64,000 bases of DNA, taken from contig CALSQM010000001.1 in the NCBI GenBank assembly GCA_943788515.1, positions 64,501 through 128,500 on the forward strand, read 5' to 3'. A program made the position numbers and the translations under genes. How positions within the stretch are numbered: position 1 is the stretch's first letter; every line of letters begins with the position of its first letter. This stretch comes from an uncultured SAR86 cluster bacterium (GTDB taxonomy: Bacteria > Pseudomonadota > Gammaproteobacteria > Magnimaribacterales > D2472). The notes under the pieces are model-generated. The model was not told the origin of the DNA, did no database searches, and worked only from the letters and a program-made list of their open reading frames with translations. Shown piece by piece: positions 12,946-24,355 of the stretch.

Positions 12946-15387
12946 ATGTTAAATACAATTAAAATTTTCTTTTGGTTGGCCCTTTCGGGTTGCTTAGTAT
13001 CTATTCTTGCAGTTATAACATCATTCTTTTTACTAAAACCTTCACTGCCAGAAATATCTTTAGTAGATGAATCTCAGTTACAAATGCCTCTCAAAATTTA
13101 CACAGAAGACTCAGTGTTGATAGGAGAGTTTGGAGAAATTAAAAGAAGACCCCTAAAATTTAATGAAATACCTGTAGATATAAAAAACGCATTTTTGGCA
13201 GCAGAGGATGATGCATTTTTTAATCATCAAGGAATAAGCTATAAAGGATTGCTCCGCTCAATCATAAGATGTATTGGTCCTGATGGTTGCTTTGGTGGTG
13301 GAGGAACGATCTCCATGCAGGTAGTGCGTGGTTATTTACTCACAAGAGATCAAACAATTCTTAGAAAAGTAAAAGAAATTTTTCTTGCTCTTGAACTTGA
13401 AAGCAACCTCACAAAAGAAGAAATCTTTGAGTTGTATGTGAATAGGAACTTTTTTGGCAATAGATCTTATGGAATTGAGGCTGCTTCAAACACCTACTTT
13501 AATAAATCAGTTTCTAACTTAACTTTGGCAGAATCTGCAGCTATTGCAGCAATGGCTCAATCCCCATCGAGAATTAATGCAATTAAAGCACCGGTTAGAA
13601 CAAAACAAAGAAGAGACTGGATATTATCTAGAATGTTTAAACTTAGGTTAATAAATAGTAAAACCTATATAGAAGCTCTAGATGAGCCTTTAAAGGTAGC
13701 AAATGATATTGATTTATATGAAACAGATGGAAGGTATCTAGCAGAGCTTGCTAGACAGGAAATTATTAAAAGATATGGTCTTAAAGCTTATAAAAATGGC
13801 TGGTCTGTTTTTACAACCATTAATTCTAAATCTCAAGATAGTGCTCAAAAACATTTAAAGAACCAATTATCTATTTATCATAAAAGACATGGTTGGATTG
13901 ACTCACCTAACTTTATCCAAGTATTTAATGATGAGCAGTTAACCAAACTAAATAATCTAGATAGCACCTTTATCTTTGAAGAAATATCAAAAATGAATTC
14001 TTTTGATAATGATGAACTAACTATTAATAAGGTGAATTCGATATTTGATGAGTTTCCTTTTTATAAATCATATATTAAGGGCTTAGTAATAAAATTAGAC
14101 CCATCAAAATTATTTTTCCTTAATGAAAATTTAGAAATTGATTCGATACCATGGTCGTCTGAATACAAATGGGCAAGTCAAAGGATTAATATTGATCAAA
14201 AAGGACCTTTACCTGAATCATTTAACGCATTTATTGAGATAGGAGACTTTATTTACCTAAAATCTATAGATGGTGTCTTGGTTCTAGATCAAATCCCAGT
14301 CGCAGAAGCATCATTGGTTTCCATTGATCCAAAGGATGGAAAATTAATCTCTTATGTTGGAGGAATGGACTTTAATAAAAGTAATTTTGATAGAGTTAGA
14401 CTTTCTTTTCCCCAATCTGGATCTAGCTTCAAGCCATTTATTTATGCTTCAGCACTAGCTAATGGTTATAACTTATCTTCTCTAATTAATGATGCGCCAA
14501 TAGCTTTTGAAGATAGAAATTTAGAAAGTGTTTGGAAACCTCAAAATTATACTGGTAAATTTTATGGGCCAACTTCAATTAGGGAGGCATTGGTTCAATC
14601 AATAAATATTGTATCGATTAAACTTTTAAGAGAGCTTGGAATTACGAAATCTCATAATTATATTGAAAAATTTGGTTTTGAAAAAAATAGATTACCTGCT
14701 GATCTGTCGTTGGCACTAGGATCTGGAAATTTTTCACCAATTGAGATGGTCAGAGGCTTTAGTGTTATTGCAAACGGAGGTTATCTAGTAGACCCATATT
14801 TTGTGTCTAAAATTATTGATAGAAATGGTGAAATTATCTACTCTCATGATGCATACCTTCAATCAAAAAATATTACCTCATTATCTGCCTTTCCTTGGCT
14901 TGATACTTTAGAAATGGAAACTAAACGCCCTTATGCACTTTTAAAACCAATAAATAATAAAGAGAAAGTTATTGATGAGAGAGTTGCATATTTGATTACA
15001 GATATTCTCCAGGAGCATATGAAGAGAGGGTCGGCAGGAAGAAGATCTGCTTCATTAAACAGGGATGATATTGCAGGAAAAACAGGCACGACTAATGATG
15101 CCATAAGTACATGGTTTTCTGGTTTTCATGTAGATCTAGCAACCACTGTATGGGTTGGAACAGATAATTTTTCTTCATTAGGAAAAAATGAGTATGGCTC
15201 ATCCATAGCATTACCTATTTGGGTAGATTATATGAATGATCAATTGCAGGAGCTTGAAGTAAAAACAAATTCTATTCCTGAAAATATATCGTTCATTAAA
15301 GTGAACTCCGACACAGGTAAACCAAACATCTCAAATGATGCAAATACTTATTTTGAACTTTTTTTAGATGAAAATATTACTAATTAG
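12946..15387 (+). CDS. mrcA: penicillin-binding protein 1A (bifunctional transglycosylase/transpeptidase)
   Basis: 813 aa. N-terminal membrane anchor, GT51 motifs (AFLAAEDDAFFNHQGISYKG, GGGTISMQ), transpeptidase SGSSFKP (SxxK) and KTGTTND. Confidence 0.9.
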   Translation: MLNTIKIFFWLALSGCLVSILAVITSFFLLKPSLPEISLVDESQLQMPLKIYTEDSVLIGEFGEIKRRPLKFNEIPVDIKNAFLAAEDDAFFNHQGISYKGLLRSIIRCIGPDGCFGGGGTISMQVVRGYLLTRDQTILRKVKEIFLALELESNLTKEEIFELYVNRNFFGNRSYGIEAASNTYFNKSVSNLTLAESAAIAAMAQSPSRINAIKAPVRTKQRRDWILSRMFKLRLINSKTYIEALDEPLKVANDIDLYETDGRYLAELARQEIIKRYGLKAYKNGWSVFTTINSKSQDSAQKHLKNQLSIYHKRHGWIDSPNFIQVFNDEQLTKLNNLDSTFIFEEISKMNSFDNDELTINKVNSIFDEFPFYKSYIKGLVIKLDPSKLFFLNENLEIDSIPWSSEYKWASQRINIDQKGPLPESFNAFIEIGDFIYLKSIDGVLVLDQIPVAEASLVSIDPKDGKLISYVGGMDFNKSNFDRVRLSFPQSGSSFKPFIYASALANGYNLSSLINDAPIAFEDRNLESVWKPQNYTGKFYGPTSIREALVQSINIVSIKLLRELGITKSHNYIEKFGFEKNRLPADLSLALGSGNFSPIEMVRGFSVIANGGYLVDPYFVSKIIDRNGEIIYSHDAYLQSKNITSLSAFPWLDTLEMETKRPYALLKPINNKEKVIDERVAYLITDILQEHMKRGSAGRRSASLNRDDIAGKTGTTNDAISTWFSGFHVDLATTVWVGTDNFSSLGKNEYGSSIALPIWVDYMNDQLQELEVKTNSIPENISFIKVNSDTGKPNISNDANTYFELFLDENITN

Positions 15388-15953
15388 CTTTTAAATATAT
15401 TTAGAGAAAGGAGCTCCCATACATTATCTATATAGCTGCTTGGAGAGTCTTTAAATTTTGAACGAATATACCTTCCAACATTCCCCTCTAAACATGTAAC
15501 TATAAGCTGAGCTGAAATACCGGGCTGGGTAATAAGTTTATCTGTATCCTCTGAAAGCATTTGTCTGATAGATAGCTCGAATCTTTCAAAAAACTGATTT
15601 ACAGAATCAGTTACGTTTTGTTCATCCGAAGAAAGAGCCTCTCTAGAGAGAAGTCTTGCAAAACCCTTATTTTTTTCAATAAATATCATGAAGAATAAAA
15701 ATGCATTCTTTACTTTTTCTTTTGGGGCTAGTTTGGATTTTTTTAGCTCTCCACACTTATTAAAAATTGCATCATCGCAAAATGAGAAAAGTTCAGCATA
15801 AATAGCTCTTTTGCTTGGAAAATGCCTGTAAAGAGCAGCTTCAGTTATTTTTGATTTCTCAGCTAATAAGGAGGTGGTTATTTTTGATAGATTTCTTTCT
15901 TCAAGCAATCCAGCAAGAGCTTGTAAGATAATATTTTTTCTATCATTTTTCAT
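15384..15953 (-). CDS. slmA: TetR-family nucleoid occlusion factor SlmA
   Basis: 189 aa. Colinear with E. coli SlmA, including ITTSLLAEKSKITEAALYRHFPSK, NQFFERFE and CLEGNVGRYIRSKFK. Confidence 0.8.
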   Translation of the reverse strand: MKNDRKNIILQALAGLLEERNLSKITTSLLAEKSKITEAALYRHFPSKRAIYAELFSFCDDAIFNKCGELKKSKLAPKEKVKNAFLFFMIFIEKNKGFARLLSREALSSDEQNVTDSVNQFFERFELSIRQMLSEDTDKLITQPGISAQLIVTCLEGNVGRYIRSKFKDSPSSYIDNVWELLSLNIFKS

Positions 15954-15956
15954 GAT

Positions 15957-17342
15957 TTAATCTAAATTTATAACAATATCAGGACAAATGCGAGTGAGTT
16001 CTGAAAGAAAAAGATCTTTTATCTCATTCATATCTTTCAAAGAATTGCCTTCAAATCTCATAACTAGTTTAGGAGTGGTATTGGATGCTCTGACAAGACC
16101 CCATCCATTATTAAAATTTATTCTCAAACCATCTATGGTAATTTTTTTACCATCAAGACTGCACTCATTTGTAAATTTTTCAACAATGGTAAATTTTGTC
16201 TCGTCCGTTACTGTAATATTTAATTCTGGAGTAGAAAATGATATTGGAAACTTGCGAATGATATCTGATATATTCTCGTTATGATTGGAAAGTATTTCAG
16301 TTGCTCTTGCTGCTGCATAATGACCATCGTCAAAACCATACCACTTATCATTAAAAAATATATGCCCACTCATCTCACCACCGAGGAGGGAGTTATGTTT
16401 TTTGATAGATTTTTTAATATGAAAATGACCAGTTGGAGACATTATTGGATCGCCTCCATTCTCCCTAATTATATTTTCTAACTGATTAGAGCATTTAACA
16501 TCAAAAACTATACTCCCTTTATCTTTAGACAAGATATCTTTTGAAAATAGCATCATTAATTTATCAGGAAATATGGAGTCTCCATTATTTGTTACAAGGC
16601 CAACTCTATCCCCATCACCATCAAATGCAAAACCTATATCCGCATTATAATCTTTTACTTTATTGATTAGATCATGTAAATTTTCTAACTTACCAGGGTC
16701 TGGATGATGGTTCGGAAAATTACCATCTACTTCTGAAAAAAGCTCAATTACATCTAAGCCCAATTTTTTAAAAAGGTCAGGTGCTATACATCCAGCAGCT
16801 CCATTCCCACAATCTAAAACGACTTTAATTTTTTCTGGATTATTTATAGATATATTTTTACAAACCTCTTCCAAATATATTGGCTTTATATCACTATATT
16901 TAATCTCTCCTTTTTCAAGATTCGTATTTTTTTCATGGCTGATTTTTTCATGGCTGATTAGTGTGTATATTTCAGTACCAGATATTGGACTATCATTTAT
17001 TACCATTTTTATACCGTTATAATTTTTAGGGTTATGGCTCCCTGTTATCATAATACCGCTCTTAGATGTTAATTTCTTGGCTGCAAAATATAATAAAGGA
17101 CTAGTTACTAGGCCAATATTATCAACATTTATACCTGACTCTATGAGTCCCTCACAGAATGCCTCTAACAATGCAGGTCCAGATATCCTGCCATCTCTTC
17201 CAACAACCAGAGTGCTTATATTGTCTTTCTTGCACCTCTTTGCTATAGCAAAGGCAATTGATTTAATGGAGCTTTCATTTATCTGTTCTGGATAGGTTCC
17301 TCGTATATCGTATTCCCTAAAAATAGATGACTCTATATTCAT
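15957..17342 (-). CDS. algC: phosphomannomutase/phosphoglucomutase
   Basis: 461 aa. FREYDIRG, active-site TGSHNPKNYNG, metal site FDGDGDR, GGEMSGH. Confidence 0.85.
   Translation of the reverse strand: MNIESSIFREYDIRGTYPEQINESSIKSIAFAIAKRCKKDNISTLVVGRDGRISGPALLEAFCEGLIESGINVDNIGLVTSPLLYFAAKKLTSKSGIMITGSHNPKNYNGIKMVINDSPISGTEIYTLISHEKISHEKNTNLEKGEIKYSDIKPIYLEEVCKNISINNPEKIKVVLDCGNGAAGCIAPDLFKKLGLDVIELFSEVDGNFPNHHPDPGKLENLHDLINKVKDYNADIGFAFDGDGDRVGLVTNNGDSIFPDKLMMLFSKDILSKDKGSIVFDVKCSNQLENIIRENGGDPIMSPTGHFHIKKSIKKHNSLLGGEMSGHIFFNDKWYGFDDGHYAAARATEILSNHNENISDIIRKFPISFSTPELNITVTDETKFTIVEKFTNECSLDGKKITIDGLRINFNNGWGLVRASNTTPKLVMRFEGNSLKDMNEIKDLFLSELTRICPDIVINLD
16930..16959 (-). repeat. perfect 15-bp x2 in-frame tandem duplication inside algC
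   Basis: Plus strand TTTTCATGGCTGATT occurs at 16930-16944 and again at 16945-16959. It encodes ISHEK-ISHEK. Confidence 0.9.
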
Positions 17343-17406
17343 TTTTTTTTCTCTTTTGTTATTGATTCTAATTTGACATAATGTGCGTTAATTATATCCT
17401 GTAAAC

Positions 17407-18330
17407 ATGTTTGTAAACACTGATTCAAAAGTAATTTGGAAAAATGGTTCCTTTGAGAAATGGGAAAATGCATCTGTACATCTTTTATCTCACACCATGC
17501 ATTACGGAACCGGAGTTTTCGAGGGAGTCAGAGCCTACAAGACAGATGAAGGGCCTGCTATTTTTAGATTACAGGATCACACTAATAGGCTTTTTGATGC
17601 AGCTTCTAAATTAAGTGTTGAGATTCCATACTCGCGTGATGAATTAAATAAAGTTCAAAAAGATATATTTTCTATGAATAATCTCGAAGAAGGCTATTTA
17701 AGACCAATAGTTTACTTAGGCAGCGAGTCTCTTGGAATCAGGGCAACCGAGTTATCAGTGAATGTTGCAGTCGCAGCATGGGAATGGCCTTCCTACATGA
17801 GCCCTGAAGCAAAAGAACAAGGCATATCTGTTATTAAGTCTTCATTCGATCAGTACAGCAATCCACTTCACTCTGGCTATAAGATAATTGGGACTTATAT
17901 AAACTCAACAATGGCTCTGCATGAAGCAATTCAAAAGGGTGCTGATGAGGCTATTTTACTAGATAAGAATGGTTTTATATCCGAAGGCAGCGGTGAGAAT
18001 ATTTTTCTCATAAAAAATAACACAATCTATACTCCTACTGTTGACCACTGTTTAAATGGAATTACAAGACAGTCTGTAATGAAGATTGCCTTAGATATGG
18101 GATATGAAGTCGTAGAAAAAAATCTTAAAATTGACGAATTAATAAATAGTGATGAGGCTTTTTTTACTGGTACAGCGGTAGAGATCACACCAATCTCTAA
18201 AATTGATGAAATAGTTATTGGATCAGGGTCTCGAGGACCGGTTACACAAAAGCTTCAAAACACCTATGAAGACATCATTTTTGGAAGAAATAAAAATTAT
18301 GATCACTGGTTAAGCTTAGTCACAACTTAA
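17407..18330 (+). CDS. ilvE: branched-chain amino acid aminotransferase
   Basis: 307 aa. Class IV aminotransferase with the same length and layout as E. coli IlvE (HYGTGVFEGVRAY, FRLQDHTNRL, EGSGENIF, GITR). Confidence 0.9.
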   Translation: MFVNTDSKVIWKNGSFEKWENASVHLLSHTMHYGTGVFEGVRAYKTDEGPAIFRLQDHTNRLFDAASKLSVEIPYSRDELNKVQKDIFSMNNLEEGYLRPIVYLGSESLGIRATELSVNVAVAAWEWPSYMSPEAKEQGISVIKSSFDQYSNPLHSGYKIIGTYINSTMALHEAIQKGADEAILLDKNGFISEGSGENIFLIKNNTIYTPTVDHCLNGITRQSVMKIALDMGYEVVEKNLKIDELINSDEAFFTGTAVEITPISKIDEIVIGSGSRGPVTQKLQNTYEDIIFGRNKNYDHWLSLVTT

Positions 18331-18337
18331 GCCTAAA

Positions 18338-19591
18338 TTGTCAAAATTAAAAATAGCATTACTTAGTTACAGAAGCGCACCTTTTGGAGGTGGGCAAGGT
18401 GTATATGTACATGACATTTCTAAAGCGCTTGTAATGAAAGGGCATCAGGTTGATATTATCTCTGGCCCCCCTTACCCAAAAATTCCTGAGAATGTTAATT
18501 TAATCCAACTACCAGGTCTTGACCTTTTTCAGACATTCTCTTTTAAGGAGAGGGTAAAAATATTCTGGAAGAAAAAAAGCAAAACAAGGTTTGATTATTT
18601 TGAATTTTGTTCAGTACTATTTGGCGGTTTTCCTGAAATGGCGACTTTTGGTTATCGTGCTAAAGACCACCTTATCAATAATTCTGATTATGATATTGTT
18701 ATAGATAATCAGTCCATAAGCTATGGAATGCTTGAAATTCAAAAGCTATTACCACTTATTGAAATTATTCATCACCCCATAACCAAAGACTATGAACACG
18801 ATCTGCAAGCCAATAATAAACTACTTTACAGATTCTCTAGGTACAGGTGGTATTCATTTTTAAAAATGCAAAAGAAAGTCGCCCCTCACATTAAAAATAT
18901 TATTACCCCGTCACTCAATTCATTAAAAGATATTTCAAGAGATTTTAAATGTAATTCAAGCAGCATGAATGTTATTCATAATGGTCTTGATGTAGATATT
19001 TTTATCCCATACAGCAATATCAAAAGAGATCAGTTAAGACTAATCACAACAGCAAGCGCAGATGTTCCTCTTAAGGGCTTGGACTATACCTTGGAAGCAC
19101 TATCTATTCTAAAAAAAGAATTTTGTGAAATTAGTCTTGTTGTTATAGGCAAGTTAAAGCAGGAAGGTCATACCTCAAGACTTATCAAAAGACTGGGCTT
19201 GGAGAACAGCATTCAGTTTAAAACCAATCTAACAAAAAAAGAAATTGCAGAAGAATATGCATGTAGCTCAATTGCAATTGTATCCTCTCTGTATGAGGGT
19301 TTTGGGTATCCTGTTATTGAAGCAATGAGTTGCTCGGTGCCGTTAATTGCAGCTAATACTTCATCTATTCCTGAGCTTGTTGGTGATTATGCAACTTTAA
19401 TTCCATCTAGGGATTCGACTTCTTTGGCTAAATCAATAAAATTAGTTATCAGCGATTATGAGAAATATAAAAATATTGCAGAGAAGGGCAGGCTTCATGT
19501 TATAGATAATTTTAATTGGACAAAAATTACAGAAGAATATGAGTCAGTTATGTATAAAATAATAGAGGACTATAAAAATGCTAACCTTTGA
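18338..19591 (+). CDS. glycosyltransferase family 4 (GT-B, RfaG/WaaG-like)
   Basis: 417 aa, TTG start. N-terminal GGGQGVYVHD and C-terminal E-x7-E region SSLYEGFGYPVIEAMSCSVPLIA. Confidence 0.8.
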   Translation: MSKLKIALLSYRSAPFGGGQGVYVHDISKALVMKGHQVDIISGPPYPKIPENVNLIQLPGLDLFQTFSFKERVKIFWKKKSKTRFDYFEFCSVLFGGFPEMATFGYRAKDHLINNSDYDIVIDNQSISYGMLEIQKLLPLIEIIHHPITKDYEHDLQANNKLLYRFSRYRWYSFLKMQKKVAPHIKNIITPSLNSLKDISRDFKCNSSSMNVIHNGLDVDIFIPYSNIKRDQLRLITTASADVPLKGLDYTLEALSILKKEFCEISLVVIGKLKQEGHTSRLIKRLGLENSIQFKTNLTKKEIAEEYACSSIAIVSSLYEGFGYPVIEAMSCSVPLIAANTSSIPELVGDYATLIPSRDSTSLAKSIKLVISDYEKYKNIAEKGRLHVIDNFNWTKITEEYESVMYKIIEDYKNANL

Positions 19592-20282
19592 TTTTAATAG
19601 AATTAACATAAATCCAGAAGGTATTATGCTTGATTTGGGTTGTGGTGAGGGAAGGCATATTTTTGGAATAATGGAAAAATTCCCACATCTCAAATGCATT
19701 GGGCTTGACCCACATATTGAATCACTAGACAAGGCTTTCGAAGGTCTAAAGTTTCTTGAGTCAATTTCTAATACAAAAACAAATTTTTTGAGCGGTTCTG
19801 CTTATTCACTTCCATTTTCTGATGATTCTTTTGATTTAGTTGTTTGCTCTGAAGTCCTTGAGCATCTGCATGATTACAAAGATGCCATTAAAGAAATAAA
19901 TAGAGTCCTTAAGCCAGGCGGACAATTTCTTGCAAGTGTGCCTGCAGAATTTCCTGAAAAAATATGCTGGCTTTTGTCAGAAGCCTATCAAAATCAGCCA
20001 GGCGGACACTTAAGAATATTTAAGAAAAATGAATTAATTGAAGAGGTTGCTGAACATAATTTTAGCTTTGAATCATCTCAAAGATTTCATTCAATACACA
20101 GTGCTTATTGGTGGCTTCGGTGCTTGTTTTGGAAAAGCCAAGAATCAAATATTTTTATAAAGGGATATAAAAAAATCTTAGAAATACATATTCTAAAAAA
20201 ACCTTTTTTTCTAGATTCAATAGATAAACTTTTTAATCCAATTCTTGGTAAAAGTATTGCCTTTTATTTTGTAAAAAAATGA
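19578..20282 (+). CDS. class I SAM-dependent methyltransferase (Methyltransf_11-like)
   Basis: 234 aa. Motif I MLDLGCGEGRH, then FDLVVCSEVLEHL and LKPGGQF. Overlaps the upstream GT4 gene by 14 nt and the downstream gene by 4 nt. Confidence 0.8.
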   Translation: MLTFDFNRININPEGIMLDLGCGEGRHIFGIMEKFPHLKCIGLDPHIESLDKAFEGLKFLESISNTKTNFLSGSAYSLPFSDDSFDLVVCSEVLEHLHDYKDAIKEINRVLKPGGQFLASVPAEFPEKICWLLSEAYQNQPGGHLRIFKKNELIEEVAEHNFSFESSQRFHSIHSAYWWLRCLFWKSQESNIFIKGYKKILEIHILKKPFFLDSIDKLFNPILGKSIAFYFVKK

Positions 20283-21298
20283 GCTGGAAGAACTCAAAAC
20301 ATGCTTTTGAAGAAGCAAAAAACTGGATTATATTCAATCAATCTCATGACGGAAGAATTTCATGGGATGACAAAGATAAATGTGACCCATGGGATCACTG
20401 CGAATGCTTAATTGCTCTTGCAATTTATGAGGAGTGGGATGCCTTTGATTTAGGTGTCGAATGGTTTTTTAATAATTTAAATGATGATGGGTATATTCAC
20501 CCTGAATTTAAGGGGAATCAGCCTGTTCATGATCATTATGAAAGTCATCATGCTCCATATATTATATTGCCATTAACTCAGGCTCTATTAATGGGAAGGG
20601 ATGATCTGGTAAATGATTATTTAAAATCTAAAATCCAAATTATTTTTGATCAACTATCAAATTTCAAAGATTCAGATGGTTATTATTATTGGGCCACAGA
20701 TAAAAATGGCTTTTCTGATAACTCTTTAATTACTGCCTCTATGTCAATTTTCATTTCGCTAATGGCATTAGATAAATCCTTAACTATTAAGGTTAATGAA
20801 GATATCTGGGATCAAAAATTTAACAGAGATGGTGTTGATCGATCAAGATTCTCAATGGATTTTTATTATCCATATATATGTGGGGTCCATAATAATAAAA
20901 ATGACTTCCAAAAAAACTTAAAAGATTTTTATGTTGAAGGCTTGGGTATTAAATGCGTAAAAGAAGAACCATGGGTAACTATTGCCGAAAGTTGTGAATG
21001 TGTTATTGCTGCTTTGATATTAGGAGATGAAGGAAACGCTAAGAAGATTTTTAACAATATACTCCAATTTAAAAATGATAATGGTATTTTTCCAACTGGC
21101 TATCAATATGAAATGGATATTTTTTGGCCTGAAGAGAATTCAACTTGGACCAATGCTGCAGTAATAATTGCTGCACACGCGCTAGCAACTTATGGAAAAA
21201 AAGAGGCCTCAAAAGGCAATGTATTTTTTTACTTAAATAATCTTTTGGAGAGCGACCAAGCTATTTACTCTTTTAAGAAGAATAAAACCTTCGCTTAG
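20279..21298 (+). CDS. prenyltransferase/squalene-oxidase-repeat (alpha/alpha toroid) family protein, function unknown
   Basis: 339 aa. Four spaced D-G repeats (NQSHDGRISW, NLNDDGYIHP, FKDSDGYYYW, FKNDNGIFPTGY) resemble the QxxDGGW repeats of terpenoid cyclase / prenyltransferase folds. Translationally coupled (ATGA) to the upstream methyltransferase. Family assignment rests on motif pattern only. Confidence 0.5.
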   Translation: MSWKNSKHAFEEAKNWIIFNQSHDGRISWDDKDKCDPWDHCECLIALAIYEEWDAFDLGVEWFFNNLNDDGYIHPEFKGNQPVHDHYESHHAPYIILPLTQALLMGRDDLVNDYLKSKIQIIFDQLSNFKDSDGYYYWATDKNGFSDNSLITASMSIFISLMALDKSLTIKVNEDIWDQKFNRDGVDRSRFSMDFYYPYICGVHNNKNDFQKNLKDFYVEGLGIKCVKEEPWVTIAESCECVIAALILGDEGNAKKIFNNILQFKNDNGIFPTGYQYEMDIFWPEENSTWTNAAVIIAAHALATYGKKEASKGNVFFYLNNLLESDQAIYSFKKNKTFA

Positions 21299-21865
21299 TG
21301 CCTTTTCATAAATTTCCCTTGGAGCCTGACCGCCCTCTAACTCACTATCATAAATGTCATGAATTGCTAAAACTCCACCAACTCTAATTTTATTTTTCCA
21401 AGCAGCATAATCAGCTCTAGCTGATTCAAAGGTATGGCTTCCATCAATGAAAACCAAGTCTATATTATTTTTAATCTCGCCAGCTACCTCTTTTGAATGA
21501 CCAATAATGGGTTTAACAACATCAATTAAATCAAAGTCTTTTATATTTTTTTTTAATGTTGGCAGGGTATCAACTCTATTATTTTTATAATCATATTCAT
21601 CTGGATCAAAATACTCTTCACCAAATTGCTGCTCTTCCGAGCCCATGTGGTGATCAATTGTAAGCAAATATGTTTTATTTTCTTTACATGCTTGGCCTAT
21701 ATAGCAAGCTGACTTTCCACAGTATGACCCTATTTCAACTGCAAAATTTTCAATACAAAACTCTTTTGTTAAGTTATACAAAAAAATACCTTCATCTTCT
21801 GCTAAAAAACCCTTCACCGCGCCGAATCTCTTTATAGAGCTATCCATAAAATTTTTCTTTTCCAA
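21233..21865 (-). CDS. class I SAM-dependent O-methyltransferase-like protein (Methyltransf_24 type)
   Basis: 210 aa. VEIGSYCGKSACYIG, LVFIDGSHTFESARADY, GGVLAIHD. Confidence 0.7.
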   Translation of the reverse strand: MEKKNFMDSSIKRFGAVKGFLAEDEGIFLYNLTKEFCIENFAVEIGSYCGKSACYIGQACKENKTYLLTIDHHMGSEEQQFGEEYFDPDEYDYKNNRVDTLPTLKKNIKDFDLIDVVKPIIGHSKEVAGEIKNNIDLVFIDGSHTFESARADYAAWKNKIRVGGVLAIHDIYDSELEGGQAPREIYEKALSEGFILLKRVNSLVALQKII

Positions 21866-22712
21866 GAGTTGATTTAAATCTTCTATGTTGCCATAAATAC
21901 TCCTGAGGATGATTGGTAATCTTTCTTTCCATTAAATCATTAAGATCAGTAGAGAAAGTTATTTCAGACTCTATATTCAAATCCAATTCTTCAATTTCTA
22001 TAAAGTACTTATTGTTTTTTACAAAGCTATTTAAAAAATATGTTTTACATGATGTGGCTTTAACAATCTTGAGAGGCGCAGAAATAGTTGCTGCAGGATT
22101 ACCAAAGAAATTAACAACATCTGATTGACCCAGGCCATAGTCTTGGTCAGTTGCATATAAAACTGTTTTACCTTTTTTTAACCAGCGTATAAATTTAATT
22201 GGATTATTTCTATCGCAAGCACCTTTAAGGCTTTTTAGTCTTCCTGAATTTTGAATGGAGTCAAATGAATTTGAATTATGAACTCTTTCCACCCCATAGA
22301 TGTCAGCATTCATACCTAATAATCTAGCATCCAGTTCTAGGTGAAGAGAATGCTTAAAAAACAGAAGCACTCCATTGTCATTATTTTGTTCTTCAATAAG
22401 CTGATCCAAACCACTTATCTCATAGTTAATATTTTTATTTATTTTTTTGTCAGACCAAAACCAGGCTATTCCAGTATCAAATAGAATCGACCCTGACATT
22501 AGGATATTTGATTTAAATATACTGGCTCTTTCAACAGGACTTAAATTACTAAAACATAAATCAATATTTGCCTTACTAAACCTATTTCTTTTCATATTTG
22601 ATTTATAAAAGAAATAGCCCAAGGCAAAACCAAGCTTTGTATGAACATATCTAGGAAAAAGCAGTATTATCTTCCAGAAACTTATAAGAAGGTTTAATAA
22701 AATTCTATTCAT
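21840..22712 (-). CDS. lpxL: lipid A biosynthesis lauroyl/acyl acyltransferase (LpxL/HtrB family)
   Basis: 290 aa. N-terminal membrane helix and H-x4-E acyltransferase motif region (FFKHSLHLELDA). Divergent from waaA. Confidence 0.8.
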   Translation of the reverse strand: MNRILLNLLISFWKIILLFPRYVHTKLGFALGYFFYKSNMKRNRFSKANIDLCFSNLSPVERASIFKSNILMSGSILFDTGIAWFWSDKKINKNINYEISGLDQLIEEQNNDNGVLLFFKHSLHLELDARLLGMNADIYGVERVHNSNSFDSIQNSGRLKSLKGACDRNNPIKFIRWLKKGKTVLYATDQDYGLGQSDVVNFFGNPAATISAPLKIVKATSCKTYFLNSFVKNNKYFIEIEELDLNIESEITFSTDLNDLMERKITNHPQEYLWQHRRFKSTLGKEKFYG

Positions 22713-22758
22713 GTCTTTTAAGCTGTATTATTACATTATAAATGTGCATGACTAAGAA

Positions 22759-24344
<1,586 letters not shown>

Positions 24345-24355
24345 AAGCGAATAGC

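Noticed and set aside
12669-12962. 97-aa plus-strand ORF spanning the aroK 5' end and the aroK/mrcA spacer
   Set aside because: It is mostly antisense to the aroK P-loop region and runs into the mrcA start. It has no motifs, and the spacer is better explained as divergent promoters.
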